In this document: positions 56,311-64,000 of the stretch, piece after piece
Numbering within the stretch: the stretch's first letter is position 1
Layout of the letters: the number at the start of each line of letters is the position of its first letter
Assembly: GCA_943358385.1 (NCBI GenBank)
Contig: CALRGX010000001.1
Coordinates: 2,380 to 66,379 of the forward strand
DNA length: 64,000 nucleotides
From: Parcubacteria group bacterium
GTDB lineage: Bacteria > Patescibacteriota > Minisyncoccia > Phycocordibacterales > UBA2100
Direction of reading: 5' to 3'
Notes under the pieces: model-generated
The model's input: the letters and a program-made list of their open reading frames with translations, nothing else
Database searches by the model: none
What the model was told of the DNA's origin: nothing
Program-made: the position numbers and the translations under genes

Positions 56311-57807
56311 ATGCAGGGGCATGTTTTTTACTCAGGAGTTGCAGCTTTTTTAGTGGCAACGGCGATAGCGCTTGTGGTTCCTTTGGGTTGGTGGGAGATT
56401 GCGTGGATGGTGATGATCGGCAGTGTACTTGGTGTGGCTGCTTGGGCTATGCGTGTGCCGTACACGATGTCGCTCGTGGTTACTATCAGTTTGTGTGCAC
56501 TCGCGTGGGTGCGGGTAGCATTGCTGCCGCCAATTACACATCCGGAAATCGATGCGTTCCTCGGGCAAAAAGTGCATCTCACGGGAGAGTTGCGCGATGA
56601 GGTTGATGAACGCGAAGCAAACGCGCGATTGGCGATTCGTGTCACGCACATTGATGGAGTGGATGTGGCGCATATACAGCCGGTGCATGTTCTAGCTCTT
56701 GTTGCGCCACATCCTACAGTATCCTACGGGGACACGGTGGTAGTTGAAGGAACTCTCAAAAAGCCAGAGACATTTGAAACTGATGCAGGCCGCACATTTG
56801 ATTATCCGCAGTATCTTGCAGTGGAAGGTATTGGTTACACAATGTCATTCGGTCACATCGTGAAAACGGAAGACGGGGGTACGTCATTTCGCCGCATTCT
56901 TTTTTCAATAAAGGACCATTATCTTGATGGTATTGGGCAGACATTAGTCGAACCATATGCGGCACTCGCTGGTGGGCTCACGGTGGGTGACAAGCGCGCG
57001 CTCGGCGGAGAACTCCTTGATACGTTTCGCGATGCAGGCATCGTACACATTGTGGTACTGTCGGGTTTCAATATCACCATCATCATTGCGTTTCTTTTAG
57101 GCTGGATGAGGAACTTAAGCAAAAAAGTGCAATTGATGGTAGGAACTTTGGTCATCGTTGCGTTTGTTTTGATGACAGGAGCGTCTGCAACAGGTGTGCG
57201 TGCAGGCATTATGGCTACACTTGCGCTTTTGGCGACCGCACTCACGCGCCAGTACGCCATTATGCGCGCACTGGCGATAGCGGCCGCCGTGATGGTGCTA
57301 TGGAATCCGCGCATTCTTTTGTACGATCCTGGGTTTCAATTGTCAGTGGTTGCAACGATTGGATTAGTGACGGTGGCGCCTCGTATTGCCAAGCGTTTCC
57401 TATGGCTCACGGAGCGCTTTGGTCTGCGTGAGATTGTGGCGAGCACTATTGGTACGCAGATTGCCGTCTTGCCACTCCTCGTCTACCTCATTGGCGAAAT
57501 ATCACTTGTTGCGCTTCCAGCAAACCTGCTCGTCCTTCCTACGGTGCCGTTTGCCATGCTTCTTGCATCAGTTGCGGGGCTATACGGCATGATCGGCTTA
57601 CCATTCGCTGCCTTGATTGGGTATCCATCCTACTTATTGCTCGCGTGGATTGTATGTGTTGCTGAATGGGCTGCTGCAATGCCATTAGGTACAGTAGTTG
57701 TTCCCGCACTCCCATTGTGGATGGTGGGTAGTATGTATGCGGTCGCGTGCCTCTGGTTGATTATGCGGCCAAGCGACTCTCCACAACACTCCAATTCAGG
57801 TTCTTGA
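56311..57807 (+). CDS. comEC: ComEC/Rec2 DNA-uptake channel (DUF4131 + competence domain; no MBL domain in this gene)
   Basis: Many TM helices and the competence-domain block VHIVVLSGFNITIIIAFL. Confidence 0.8.
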   Translation: MQGHVFYSGVAAFLVATAIALVVPLGWWEIAWMVMIGSVLGVAAWAMRVPYTMSLVVTISLCALAWVRVALLPPITHPEIDAFLGQKVHLTGELRDEVDEREANARLAIRVTHIDGVDVAHIQPVHVLALVAPHPTVSYGDTVVVEGTLKKPETFETDAGRTFDYPQYLAVEGIGYTMSFGHIVKTEDGGTSFRRILFSIKDHYLDGIGQTLVEPYAALAGGLTVGDKRALGGELLDTFRDAGIVHIVVLSGFNITIIIAFLLGWMRNLSKKVQLMVGTLVIVAFVLMTGASATGVRAGIMATLALLATALTRQYAIMRALAIAAAVMVLWNPRILLYDPGFQLSVVATIGLVTVAPRIAKRFLWLTERFGLREIVASTIGTQIAVLPLLVYLIGEISLVALPANLLVLPTVPFAMLLASVAGLYGMIGLPFAALIGYPSYLLLAWIVCVAEWAAAMPLGTVVVPALPLWMVGSMYAVACLWLIMRPSDSPQHSNSGS

Positions 57808-58348
57808 AAAATGCATCCACATACTTGGCTTTTCCTGCAGCGCCATAGTCCAAAAGGTACGCATGCTCCCAAACATCAAGCGCGATGATGATGGGGAGTG
57901 TAGCAAAATGTCCTTGGTGCTGTTCTCCTGAGAAACCAAGATGAAACATTTTTTCCTGAGGGTCGAAGTAGAGGTTTGCCCATCCCGGGCCACGCATCAG
58001 CGCCACTCCTTTCATGTGCTGTACGAGCACCTCGACACTGCCAAACTGGAGGGTGAGTGCTTTTGAAAGCGAGCTCTCTGCGCTAAAAGGGCTGGCGCCG
58101 CCTTCCAATTGCGCAAAATACAGCTCGTGCAAACGCATGCCACCAAATTCAAACGAACGGCGGCGGATGATTTCGGAAAGTGCATGTGCATTTTTTTCTG
58201 AATCTACCGCCAGCTCAGTAATCAATCCACTCATCGCGTTGAAATTTTTTACATACCCAAGGTACAGGCCGAGGTGCTCTTCGATAGAGCGTGCAGAGAT
58301 GCCTTCTAGGGTGGGAATGATAAACGTTTTTGCTTCGTAGGTATGCAT
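57761..58348 (-). CDS. Fe/Mn-family superoxide dismutase
   Basis: ALDVWEHAYLLDY C-terminal signature and HxxxH in the N-terminal domain. Start set at MHTYEAK. The 3' end overlaps the comEC 3' end by ~47 nt. Confidence 0.85.
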   Translation of the reverse strand: MHTYEAKTFIIPTLEGISARSIEEHLGLYLGYVKNFNAMSGLITELAVDSEKNAHALSEIIRRRSFEFGGMRLHELYFAQLEGGASPFSAESSLSKALTLQFGSVEVLVQHMKGVALMRGPGWANLYFDPQEKMFHLGFSGEQHQGHFATLPIIIALDVWEHAYLLDYGAAGKAKYVDAFFKNLNWSVVESRLAA

Positions 58349-58428
58349 ACACAATAGATTAGAGATTAAAATGGAAGAATCAAAGATTACACACTCACAG
58401 TATAGCAAAGCGTCGTATACTAGAATGT

Positions 58429-59289
58429 ATGAAGAGAAGTGCGATCCTGTGGGGCGTGCTCCTGCTCTTGGTCGTCATGACGATGGGGGTCTGGGGCGCA
58501 GTCGTAGAGCTTTCGCGACCCGGGCAACTAAGGGTCACCTTCCTCAATGTCGGCCAAGGTGATGCCATCCTCATTGAGTCTCCTACGCGCAGGCAGGTAC
58601 TTATTGACGGCGGGCGCGACCGAGCAGTATTGCGTGAGTTGGGGGCAGTGATGCCATGGTGGGATCGAAGCATTGATGTGGTGATTGCGACACATCCCGA
58701 TGCAGACCATGTAGGTGGGCTGTTTGAAGTGCTCGCTCGCTATGAAGTGCAGACCATTTTCCAAAGTGGGGTACAAAATGACACGCTGCAGACCGAATCT
58801 TTACTTTCTGCAGTCTCTCGCGAGCGCAGTAATGGGGCAGAAGAGCGCTTGGCGCGGCGTGGGCAGATTATTGATATAGGTGGGGGTGCGTACATACAGA
58901 TTCTTTTTCCCGATAGGGATGTGTCTGGGCTTGAAACAAATACGGCGTCAATTGTTATGCGTGTTGTGTATGGAGACACTGCCTTTTTGCTGAACGGAGA
59001 CTCTCCGAAGACTATCGAAGAGTATCTCGTGCTCTTGGACGGGGTGCATTTAAAATCAAACGTACTCAAGGCAGGGCACCACGGGTCAGATACCTCGTCT
59101 GCCATTTCTTTTGTGGGGTATGTATCACCCGAGTGGGCTGTGTTTTCCCGAGGTTGTGACAATACCTATGGCCATCCGCACCAAGAGGTGGTTGACCTTA
59201 TGAAGCGCTTTGAAATTGCAACCAAAGATACTTGCCTGGACGGGCGCGTATCCTTTACGTCGGACGGGAAGTCGGTGCTTGCTAAATAG
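58429..59289 (+). CDS. membrane-anchored metallo-beta-lactamase-fold protein (ComEC C-terminal-domain-like)
   Basis: N-terminal anchor, then HPDADHVGG (HxHxDH), NGDSPK and KAGHHGSDTS motifs typical of the ComEC MBL domain. Confidence 0.75.
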   Translation: MKRSAILWGVLLLLVVMTMGVWGAVVELSRPGQLRVTFLNVGQGDAILIESPTRRQVLIDGGRDRAVLRELGAVMPWWDRSIDVVIATHPDADHVGGLFEVLARYEVQTIFQSGVQNDTLQTESLLSAVSRERSNGAEERLARRGQIIDIGGGAYIQILFPDRDVSGLETNTASIVMRVVYGDTAFLLNGDSPKTIEEYLVLLDGVHLKSNVLKAGHHGSDTSSAISFVGYVSPEWAVFSRGCDNTYGHPHQEVVDLMKRFEIATKDTCLDGRVSFTSDGKSVLAK

Positions 59290-59357
59290 CATATTTTATT
59301 ATATAATATACAACAGAGGAGCCTGCACCTGCATGCTCTAGAAGTAGGAGAAAAGCC

Positions 59358-59807
59358 TTGAAAAACGTGATGAAATGCGTCCTTGCTGCCTTCGGTCTGT
59401 GGAACTGCGTTGTGCCGGCTTCGGCCCAGCACACCGCCGATCCTTATGCCATTCTGCGCGGCATGACCTGCGACCCGCGGCTCCCTAACTGCGGCCAGCA
59501 CCAGGGCCGTCCGGGGCAACCCAATGACGGACGCTACCGGCACTATGGGCGCGCATTTCCGGAGCGACGAGACCACCTCCATGGACGGCCGCTTTTCGGA
59601 AACGGAGCTGGTTTCACCAGTGGTCGCTACGGCGACAACCGTGTGCGGCAGTTCGATGGGCGCTTCCGCAACGACCATCGACGTCACGGCGGCGTGACTC
59701 ACGGGACACCGCACGTTCAGCAGCATGGTCCGCAGCTCCTCGGCCACCAGGTGTGCGACTTCACAGCGAGTGGGCAGCCTCTTGGTTGCCGATTCGTGCC
59801 TCGCTAA
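59358..59807 (+). CDS. secreted Arg/Gly/His-rich small protein encoded in a GC-rich islet
   Basis: TTG start with AGGAG 9 nt upstream. Signal peptide MKNVMKCVLAAFGLWNCVVPASA-QH, 4 Cys, and locally elevated GC. A terminator follows. Confidence 0.45.
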   Translation: MKNVMKCVLAAFGLWNCVVPASAQHTADPYAILRGMTCDPRLPNCGQHQGRPGQPNDGRYRHYGRAFPERRDHLHGRPLFGNGAGFTSGRYGDNRVRQFDGRFRNDHRRHGGVTHGTPHVQQHGPQLLGHQVCDFTASGQPLGCRFVPR

Positions 59808-59835
59808 GACAGCGTCGAGTCGCAACGCGAACAAA

Positions 59836-59870
59836 ACAACCCGGACTAATTGTCCGGGTTGTCCTTTTTG
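59836..59870. terminator. bidirectional terminator
   Basis: acaacccggac-taat-tgtccgggttgt followed by cctttttg. Confidence 0.6.
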
Positions 59871-59887
59871 AATCGGATGCTTTCGCC

Positions 59888-60154
59888 CTACTTTGTCACA
59901 GGAGTGTTTCGCTTGATGATGCCCGCCTTTTTGAGGGTTGCGTACGCACCATTCTTGCGGAGGGTCTTCAAGCCTTTTGCTGATGCAGTAAAGGTTACTT
60001 TCTTGCCGATTTCAGGCACGAATACTGTTTTCTTCTGGAGGTTGACGTGGCGGCGGCGTTTCCCTGTAGGATTGAACTGTGTTGCACGGGTGCGGTTAGA
60101 GTACCCGCCTCCAACGATTGATGTCTTGCCTGTGATGTCACACTTTTTGGCCAT
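59888..60154 (-). CDS. rpmB: 50S ribosomal protein L28
   Basis: MAKKCDITGKTSIVGGGYSNRTRATQFNPTGKRRRHVNLQKKTVFV matches the L28 consensus. Start set at MAKKCD. Confidence 0.85.
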   Translation of the reverse strand: MAKKCDITGKTSIVGGGYSNRTRATQFNPTGKRRRHVNLQKKTVFVPEIGKKVTFTASAKGLKTLRKNGAYATLKKAGIIKRNTPVTK

Positions 60155-60181
60155 AACGCGTCGTATGCTACCATTCTCGCA

Positions 60182-60811
60182 TTGAGTATGCAACCAGACA
60201 CTATTTTTCTCGTTATCGTCCTTATTTACTCGGTGGTCCTGCATGAGGCAGCACACGGCTACATGGCAAATTACCTCGGCGACCCCACCGCCCGCTTGTT
60301 GGGAAGGCTCACCCTGAACCCCTTAAAGCATATAGACCCGATGGGTTCGGTCATTTTGCCGGCACTCCTTGCATTCAGTAACGCACCATTTCTTTTTGGG
60401 TGGGCAAAACCAGTTCCGTATAACCCATACAACTTGCAGCGCGGTGGAAGGTGGGCAGAGGCGTTGGTTGCTGGTGCAGGGCCGCTCAGTAACATTTTTT
60501 TGGCCGTGGTATTTGCGGTGGTAACCCGCTTCGCTACATCACCCGCAATCGCAGAGTTGTCTTTTATGATCGTGTCGGTGAATGTCATGCTCGCCTTTTT
60601 CAATCTGGTGCCGATCCCACCACTGGATGGGTCAAAGATTCTTTCTGCCTTGTTGCCGCACCCACTCAATCTTTCGTGGGAGCGCGTGCGCGTGCAGCTG
60701 GAACAAAACCCTTTTCTTGGTTTCGGCATGGTCATACTTTTCGTTGTACTGTTCGGAGGTATCTTTGGAAGTGCGGTGTTTGCCCTGGCACGCCTGCTTG
60801 CGGGCGTATGA
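60182..60811 (+). CDS. M50-family (site-2 protease-like) membrane zinc metalloprotease
   Basis: HEAAHG (HExxH) in TM1 and the NLVPIPPLDGSK (LDG) motif. Confidence 0.8.
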   Translation: MSMQPDTIFLVIVLIYSVVLHEAAHGYMANYLGDPTARLLGRLTLNPLKHIDPMGSVILPALLAFSNAPFLFGWAKPVPYNPYNLQRGGRWAEALVAGAGPLSNIFLAVVFAVVTRFATSPAIAELSFMIVSVNVMLAFFNLVPIPPLDGSKILSALLPHPLNLSWERVRVQLEQNPFLGFGMVILFVVLFGGIFGSAVFALARLLAGV

Positions 60812-61194
60812 GGTGGATAATTGCAGTAAGCCTGGCAGCTCTCTGTATCCTTGGCTTGGGTCTATGGCTACTCGATCAGCTGAACAATCACGGGGCAACT
60901 CCTGTGCCAGTGGTGCAAGACACGCTCTCCATCGTGCTCACGCCTGACGGATTTGTGCCAAAGGAGCCGACCATACAGTTGGGAACGACGGTTACCTTTT
61001 CAAATACTACTGGTAGAGAATATTGGCCAGCGTCTGACCTGCACCCGTCACATGCGATATACAGTGCTTTTGACCCTGCTCGGCCTCTGCAACCCGATGA
61101 GATGTGGGCTTTCACGTTTGAAAAGGTTGGATCATGGGGCCTTCACGACCATATCCGTTCGTACTACACTGGGCTGATTCATGTTGTGGAATAA
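60808..61194 (+). CDS. membrane-anchored cupredoxin-like protein (weak assignment)
   Basis: Start MRWII overlaps the upstream stop (ATGA). TM anchor, then a ~100-aa beta-rich domain with His clusters (HPSHAIY, GLHDHI). Confidence 0.45.
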   Translation: MRWIIAVSLAALCILGLGLWLLDQLNNHGATPVPVVQDTLSIVLTPDGFVPKEPTIQLGTTVTFSNTTGREYWPASDLHPSHAIYSAFDPARPLQPDEMWAFTFEKVGSWGLHDHIRSYYTGLIHVVE

Positions 61195-62410
61195 TCGCAA
61201 AAGTTTCCTCGTTGCAAGTTGCCTTATTGGTGTCGCTGTTATCGGCGGCCTATTTTATTTTTTCCTGAGCCGTTCGCCTTTGTCTGAGTACATCAAAAAG
61301 GCTGATGCGTGTGCGGTGCAATTTGCTCAAGCAGAAGAACAGATCGGTTGCTGGTACCGTGTTATAGAAGAGGCGATCAACACTGAGAGCATCGACGACG
61401 GCATGAAAGTGTTTTCGTACGTGTACGAAAACTTCACGCCCTTTATCGAATCAGGATGCCATCGTCATGCTCATAAAATAGGCGATATTGTGTACTATGG
61501 CCAATACCTCGCCAACCCCGACATTGACGCTATTGATTTTCCACAATCAACAACCGCCTGCGGGTATGGGTTTTACCATGGTTTCCTAGAACACCTCGTC
61601 CAAGATAATCCTGATTCCGCTTTTGTGACTGATGTGTGCACAACGTTGGGAAAGAAATATGGAGCAACTATGGGCGACATTCAGCTCACGTGTTACCACG
61701 GTGCGGGGCATGGATTTATGCTTGCCGAAATTGAAAAGCAAGAAAAACAATACTGGGGAAACATCCCGGTGTTCTCAAAGCGTCCTGTGGAACTTTGCAA
61801 TGGGTTGCCTGAGGCACGAGAGGGAGACCGCGAAGAATGCAGACAGGGTATTTTTAACGTGATTATGGAGTGGGGAGAGGTGAAGAACTATGGTTTTAGT
61901 TACGAAAAAGAGGCGCCGCTTGCGGTGTGTCATGGGCTGAGCGCAGGACTCCTTCATGCGTGTTACTACGAAGCGGCGCAGAAGTTTGATGGCGTTGCGC
62001 AGAAGGACCTTGCTCGTGCGTGGCGCATTGCACAAGCAGAATCTCCCGAACACGCACTGATGATTCTCAACGTTGCGGTGGCAGGAGTAGTGCAACAGAC
62101 CATCGCTGATGATTCATATGCAGCATTCGGAAAAGGATGCACTACCTTGCCGACAGGGCCAAAATCTGGATGCATCGAATCAATCGTCAATGGTCTGTAT
62201 GAACATGGAGCACCCACCGAAGAATTCAAAAGAGCGCTGGCTTTCTGTCAGTTGGACTATGTGCAAAATGACCCGGATGCTTCAGAGGCGTGCATGCGCG
62301 CTTTTGTGCAGCGATTGCCGCGCTTCTACACTCCAGATCGAATTGTGGGCGAAGTGTGCCCCCTTTTAGAGGGGAAACCACGCGAAACCTGTGACGCATT
62401 TGGCGAATAA
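61181..62410 (+). CDS. membrane-anchored Cys/His-rich protein, paralog 2 (CxHGxGHG family)
   Basis: TM anchor. Blocks HRHAHKIGDIVYY, TTACGYGFYHGF and LTCYHGAGHGFMLA align with the protein at 40869-42035. Confidence 0.6.
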   Translation: MLWNNRKSFLVASCLIGVAVIGGLFYFFLSRSPLSEYIKKADACAVQFAQAEEQIGCWYRVIEEAINTESIDDGMKVFSYVYENFTPFIESGCHRHAHKIGDIVYYGQYLANPDIDAIDFPQSTTACGYGFYHGFLEHLVQDNPDSAFVTDVCTTLGKKYGATMGDIQLTCYHGAGHGFMLAEIEKQEKQYWGNIPVFSKRPVELCNGLPEAREGDREECRQGIFNVIMEWGEVKNYGFSYEKEAPLAVCHGLSAGLLHACYYEAAQKFDGVAQKDLARAWRIAQAESPEHALMILNVAVAGVVQQTIADDSYAAFGKGCTTLPTGPKSGCIESIVNGLYEHGAPTEEFKRALAFCQLDYVQNDPDASEACMRAFVQRLPRFYTPDRIVGEVCPLLEGKPRETCDAFGE

Positions 62411-62501
62411 ACATCTACTTGAACTTGCGTTCTGAAAGCGGTAGGGTGCACGAGGAGGTGAGCCATTCTCATCAATAAATAGGCATACGGAGGTACCTGC
62501 A

Positions 62502-62950
62502 ATGCACCACTTTCTCTTCTACCTTTTCGCCAGCCTCTTTCTCATGGCTGGTGCGGCAACCGGAGGATTGTACTATCTGGCGAGCGTACAGCTTGCCGAT
62601 GGTGCCCTGGTGGTCCCCATGGCTGTTCTCACGATGCTCTTGGCAGGCTGCGTCATATATTGGGGCGTCAGCTTGCGCCGGCACGCACATGTGGTGCGCA
62701 CCTTCGGTGTGAATCGCTCATCATCGGCGTGGGCATGCTCATCGTCAAGCTCTCGGCTTTCAAGGGTGTGGTCACCCTTGCTTCGGCGGTGCAGTTTCTC
62801 ACACAGTCATACAACTGGGGCGTGCTCGTCGCCGCGCTCGGCTTCGTGATAGTGGGCATCTATCTGGTGTTTGAGTTCGAACACAAGCATCAGGTCGAGC
62901 ATCTCGTCGAGAGGGGTTCCGCAGAGAAGAGTATGATTGAGACTGCCTGA
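62502..62950 (+). pseudogene. four-TM membrane protein split across two frames (probable frameshift near 62690-62720)
   Basis: ORF 62502-62849 gives TM1-TM2 then low-complexity sequence. The overlapping frame at 62660-62950 gives TM3-TM4 and an acidic tail. Joined at ...RTFGV|ESLIIGV... it yields a coherent ~150-aa 4-TM protein. Confidence 0.45.
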
Positions 62951-62959
62951 CGTTGCATT

Positions 62960-62996
62960 AGACGCGGACCAAAGGTCCGCGTCTTCACTTTTTTAA
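62960..62996 (+). terminator. terminator
   Basis: agacgcggacc-aaa-ggtccgcgtct followed by tcacttttttaa. Confidence 0.65.
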
Positions 62997-63040
62997 GTGT
63001 TGCACCAGCGTCTTTCGGGGGTGTTGGCGCGGGCTGCTTG

Positions 63041-63069
63041 TTGCATTATGGAGTGCGCTGTAGTACAGT
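63041..63069 (+). promoter_or_regulatory. candidate sigma70-type promoter for the str operon
   Basis: TTGCAT-N17-TACAGT, about 30 nt upstream of the rpsL ATG. Confidence 0.35.
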
Positions 63070-63097
63070 GCCCGCACCTCGTTAGAGGCGATTTCAC

Positions 63098-63514
63098 ATG
63101 GCAACAATCAATCAATTGGTAAAGCGCGGTCGCACCGATCGCATCAGAAAGACCAAGACGGCTACGCTTGGCCGTGGTTTCAATGTGCTTAAAAATCGCC
63201 CAACATTCTATGCGTCGCCATTCAAGCGCGGCACGTGTGTCAAAGTAACTACCAAGACTCCTCGCAAGCCTAACTCTGCTATCCGTAAAATTGCTCGCGT
63301 ACGCCTTACTAATGGCCAAGAAGTTACTGCGTACATCCCAGGAGAGAAGCACACGCTCCAAGAGCACTCGGTGGTTATGATTCGCGGAGGTCGTGTAAAA
63401 GACATCGGGGTGCGTTACACAATTGTGCGCGGTCGCCTCGACGCTGCAGGTGTTGATGCGCGCCGCCGTGGCCGTTCACGCTACGGAGCCAAGAAACCAA
63501 AGGCAGGTAAATAA
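63098..63514 (+). CDS. rpsL: 30S ribosomal protein S12
   Basis: [12 protein letters not shown]..., [45 protein letters not shown]. Confidence 0.95.
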   Translation: MATINQLVKRGRTDRIRKTKTATLGRGFNVLKNRPTFYASPFKRGTCVKVTTKTPRKPNSAIRKIARVRLTNGQEVTAYIPGEKHTLQEHSVVMIRGGRVKDIGVRYTIVRGRLDAAGVDARRRGRSRYGAKKPKAGK

Positions 63515-63525
63515 TTTTCTATACT

Positions 63526-63987
63526 ATGCGACGCCCGATAAAGAAACGTGATCCAGTGCGCCCAGACCCGATATACCAATCGGTATTGGTAACCAAACTC
63601 GTCAACTACGTCATGGAACGTGGCAAGAAAGACACCGCACGAAAAGTCATCTACGACGCATTTGAAATCTTGAAGAAAGATGGCGAGCCTGCAACGATGC
63701 TTGCAACGGCTATCGAGAATGTGCAGCCTTCACTCGAAGTGCGCTCGCGCCGCGTCGGTGGCGCAAACTATCAAGTGCCTACCCCTGTTCGTCCTGAACG
63801 TCAGCTTGCTCTCGCACTCCGCTGGATGCGCGACGCTGCTCGCTCCAAGAAGGGGAAGCCAATGTCGCAAAAGCTCGCTGCAGAAATTCTTGCTGCAAGC
63901 AAAGGGGAAGGGGACGCTATTGCTAAGAAGGAGAATATGCACAAAATGGCAGAGGCCAACAAAGCATTCGCTCACTTTGCGTGGTAA
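63526..63987 (+). CDS. rpsG: 30S ribosomal protein S7
   Basis: MRRPIKKRDPVRPDPIYQS..., and the block VRSRRVGGANYQVPTPVRPERQLALALRWM. Confidence 0.95.
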   Translation: MRRPIKKRDPVRPDPIYQSVLVTKLVNYVMERGKKDTARKVIYDAFEILKKDGEPATMLATAIENVQPSLEVRSRRVGGANYQVPTPVRPERQLALALRWMRDAARSKKGKPMSQKLAAEILAASKGEGDAIAKKENMHKMAEANKAFAHFAW

Positions 63988-64000
63988 CACACTAAACACA

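Noticed and set aside
59166-59834. 222-aa minus-strand ORF across the GC-rich islet
   Set aside because: Its tail overlaps the 3' end of the MBL gene and is low-complexity. It has no SD or signal features, whereas the plus-strand ORF has SD, a TTG start and a signal peptide. Some uncertainty remains.
62993-63367. 124-aa minus-strand ORF opposite rpsL
   Set aside because: It is antisense to an unmistakable ribosomal protein S12 gene.
1-64000. CRISPR arrays, rRNA genes, transposase or integrase-bearing mobile elements
   Set aside because: No direct-repeat/spacer periodicity, rRNA signatures or transposase/IS features were seen. The only recombinase is a Xer-type housekeeping enzyme without flanking inverted repeats.

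Overview
The window is a 64 kb, gene-dense bacterial chromosomal segment with short intergenic spacers. Most genes are housekeeping, and together they suggest a reduced-genome, possibly Patescibacteria/CPR-like organism; that placement is inference only.

Recognisable coding content:
- A purine-salvage block: prs, apt, a NUDIX gene and purB.
- comM, pnp, rpsO, a Xer-type recombinase, xthA, cca, yraN, an MsbA-like ABC exporter, corA, hup and a stand-alone prephenate dehydratase domain.
- rny, clpP, tig, ppa, nusA and a glutamate dehydrogenase.
- A type IV pilus-like block: pilB and pilC followed by three proteins with pilin-like N-termini.
- tpiA, pgk, a HIT protein, an Lrp-family regulator, recJ, rnhA and mscL.
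- comEC split into two genes by an oppositely oriented superoxide dismutase.
- rpmB, an M50 protease and the start of the str operon (rpsL, rpsG).

Four tRNAs are present: Arg-TCG, Gly-GCC, Pro-TGG and Gly-TCC. No CRISPR array or rRNA was seen.

The most unusual signals, in order:
1. A conserved ~110-nt noncoding module immediately downstream of two different tRNA genes (Arg-TCG and Gly-TCC). Each copy is bounded by an inverted copy and a direct repeat of the host tRNA's own T-arm/3' end. A third tRNA (Gly-GCC) carries the same antisense-T-arm arrangement without the core.
2. A translationally coupled two-gene cassette: a candidate UBC/E2-like protein followed by a ThiF/E1-like enzyme, with a tiny downstream ORF.
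3. A ~50-nt palindromic repeat present in two distant divergent promoter regions.
4. A cluster of GTTTCACGTGAAA palindromes and DnaA-box-like sites around yraN.
5. Two paralogous membrane-anchored Cys/His-rich proteins sharing CxHGxGHG motifs.
6. A Kazal/PKD/peptidoglycan-binding secreted protein.
7. Two probable frameshifts.
8. A GC-rich 450-bp islet encoding a secreted Arg/Gly/His-rich protein.
9. Two tiny candidate ORFs (an acidic 50-aa peptide and a Cys-rich 34-aa peptide) flanking a tRNA.
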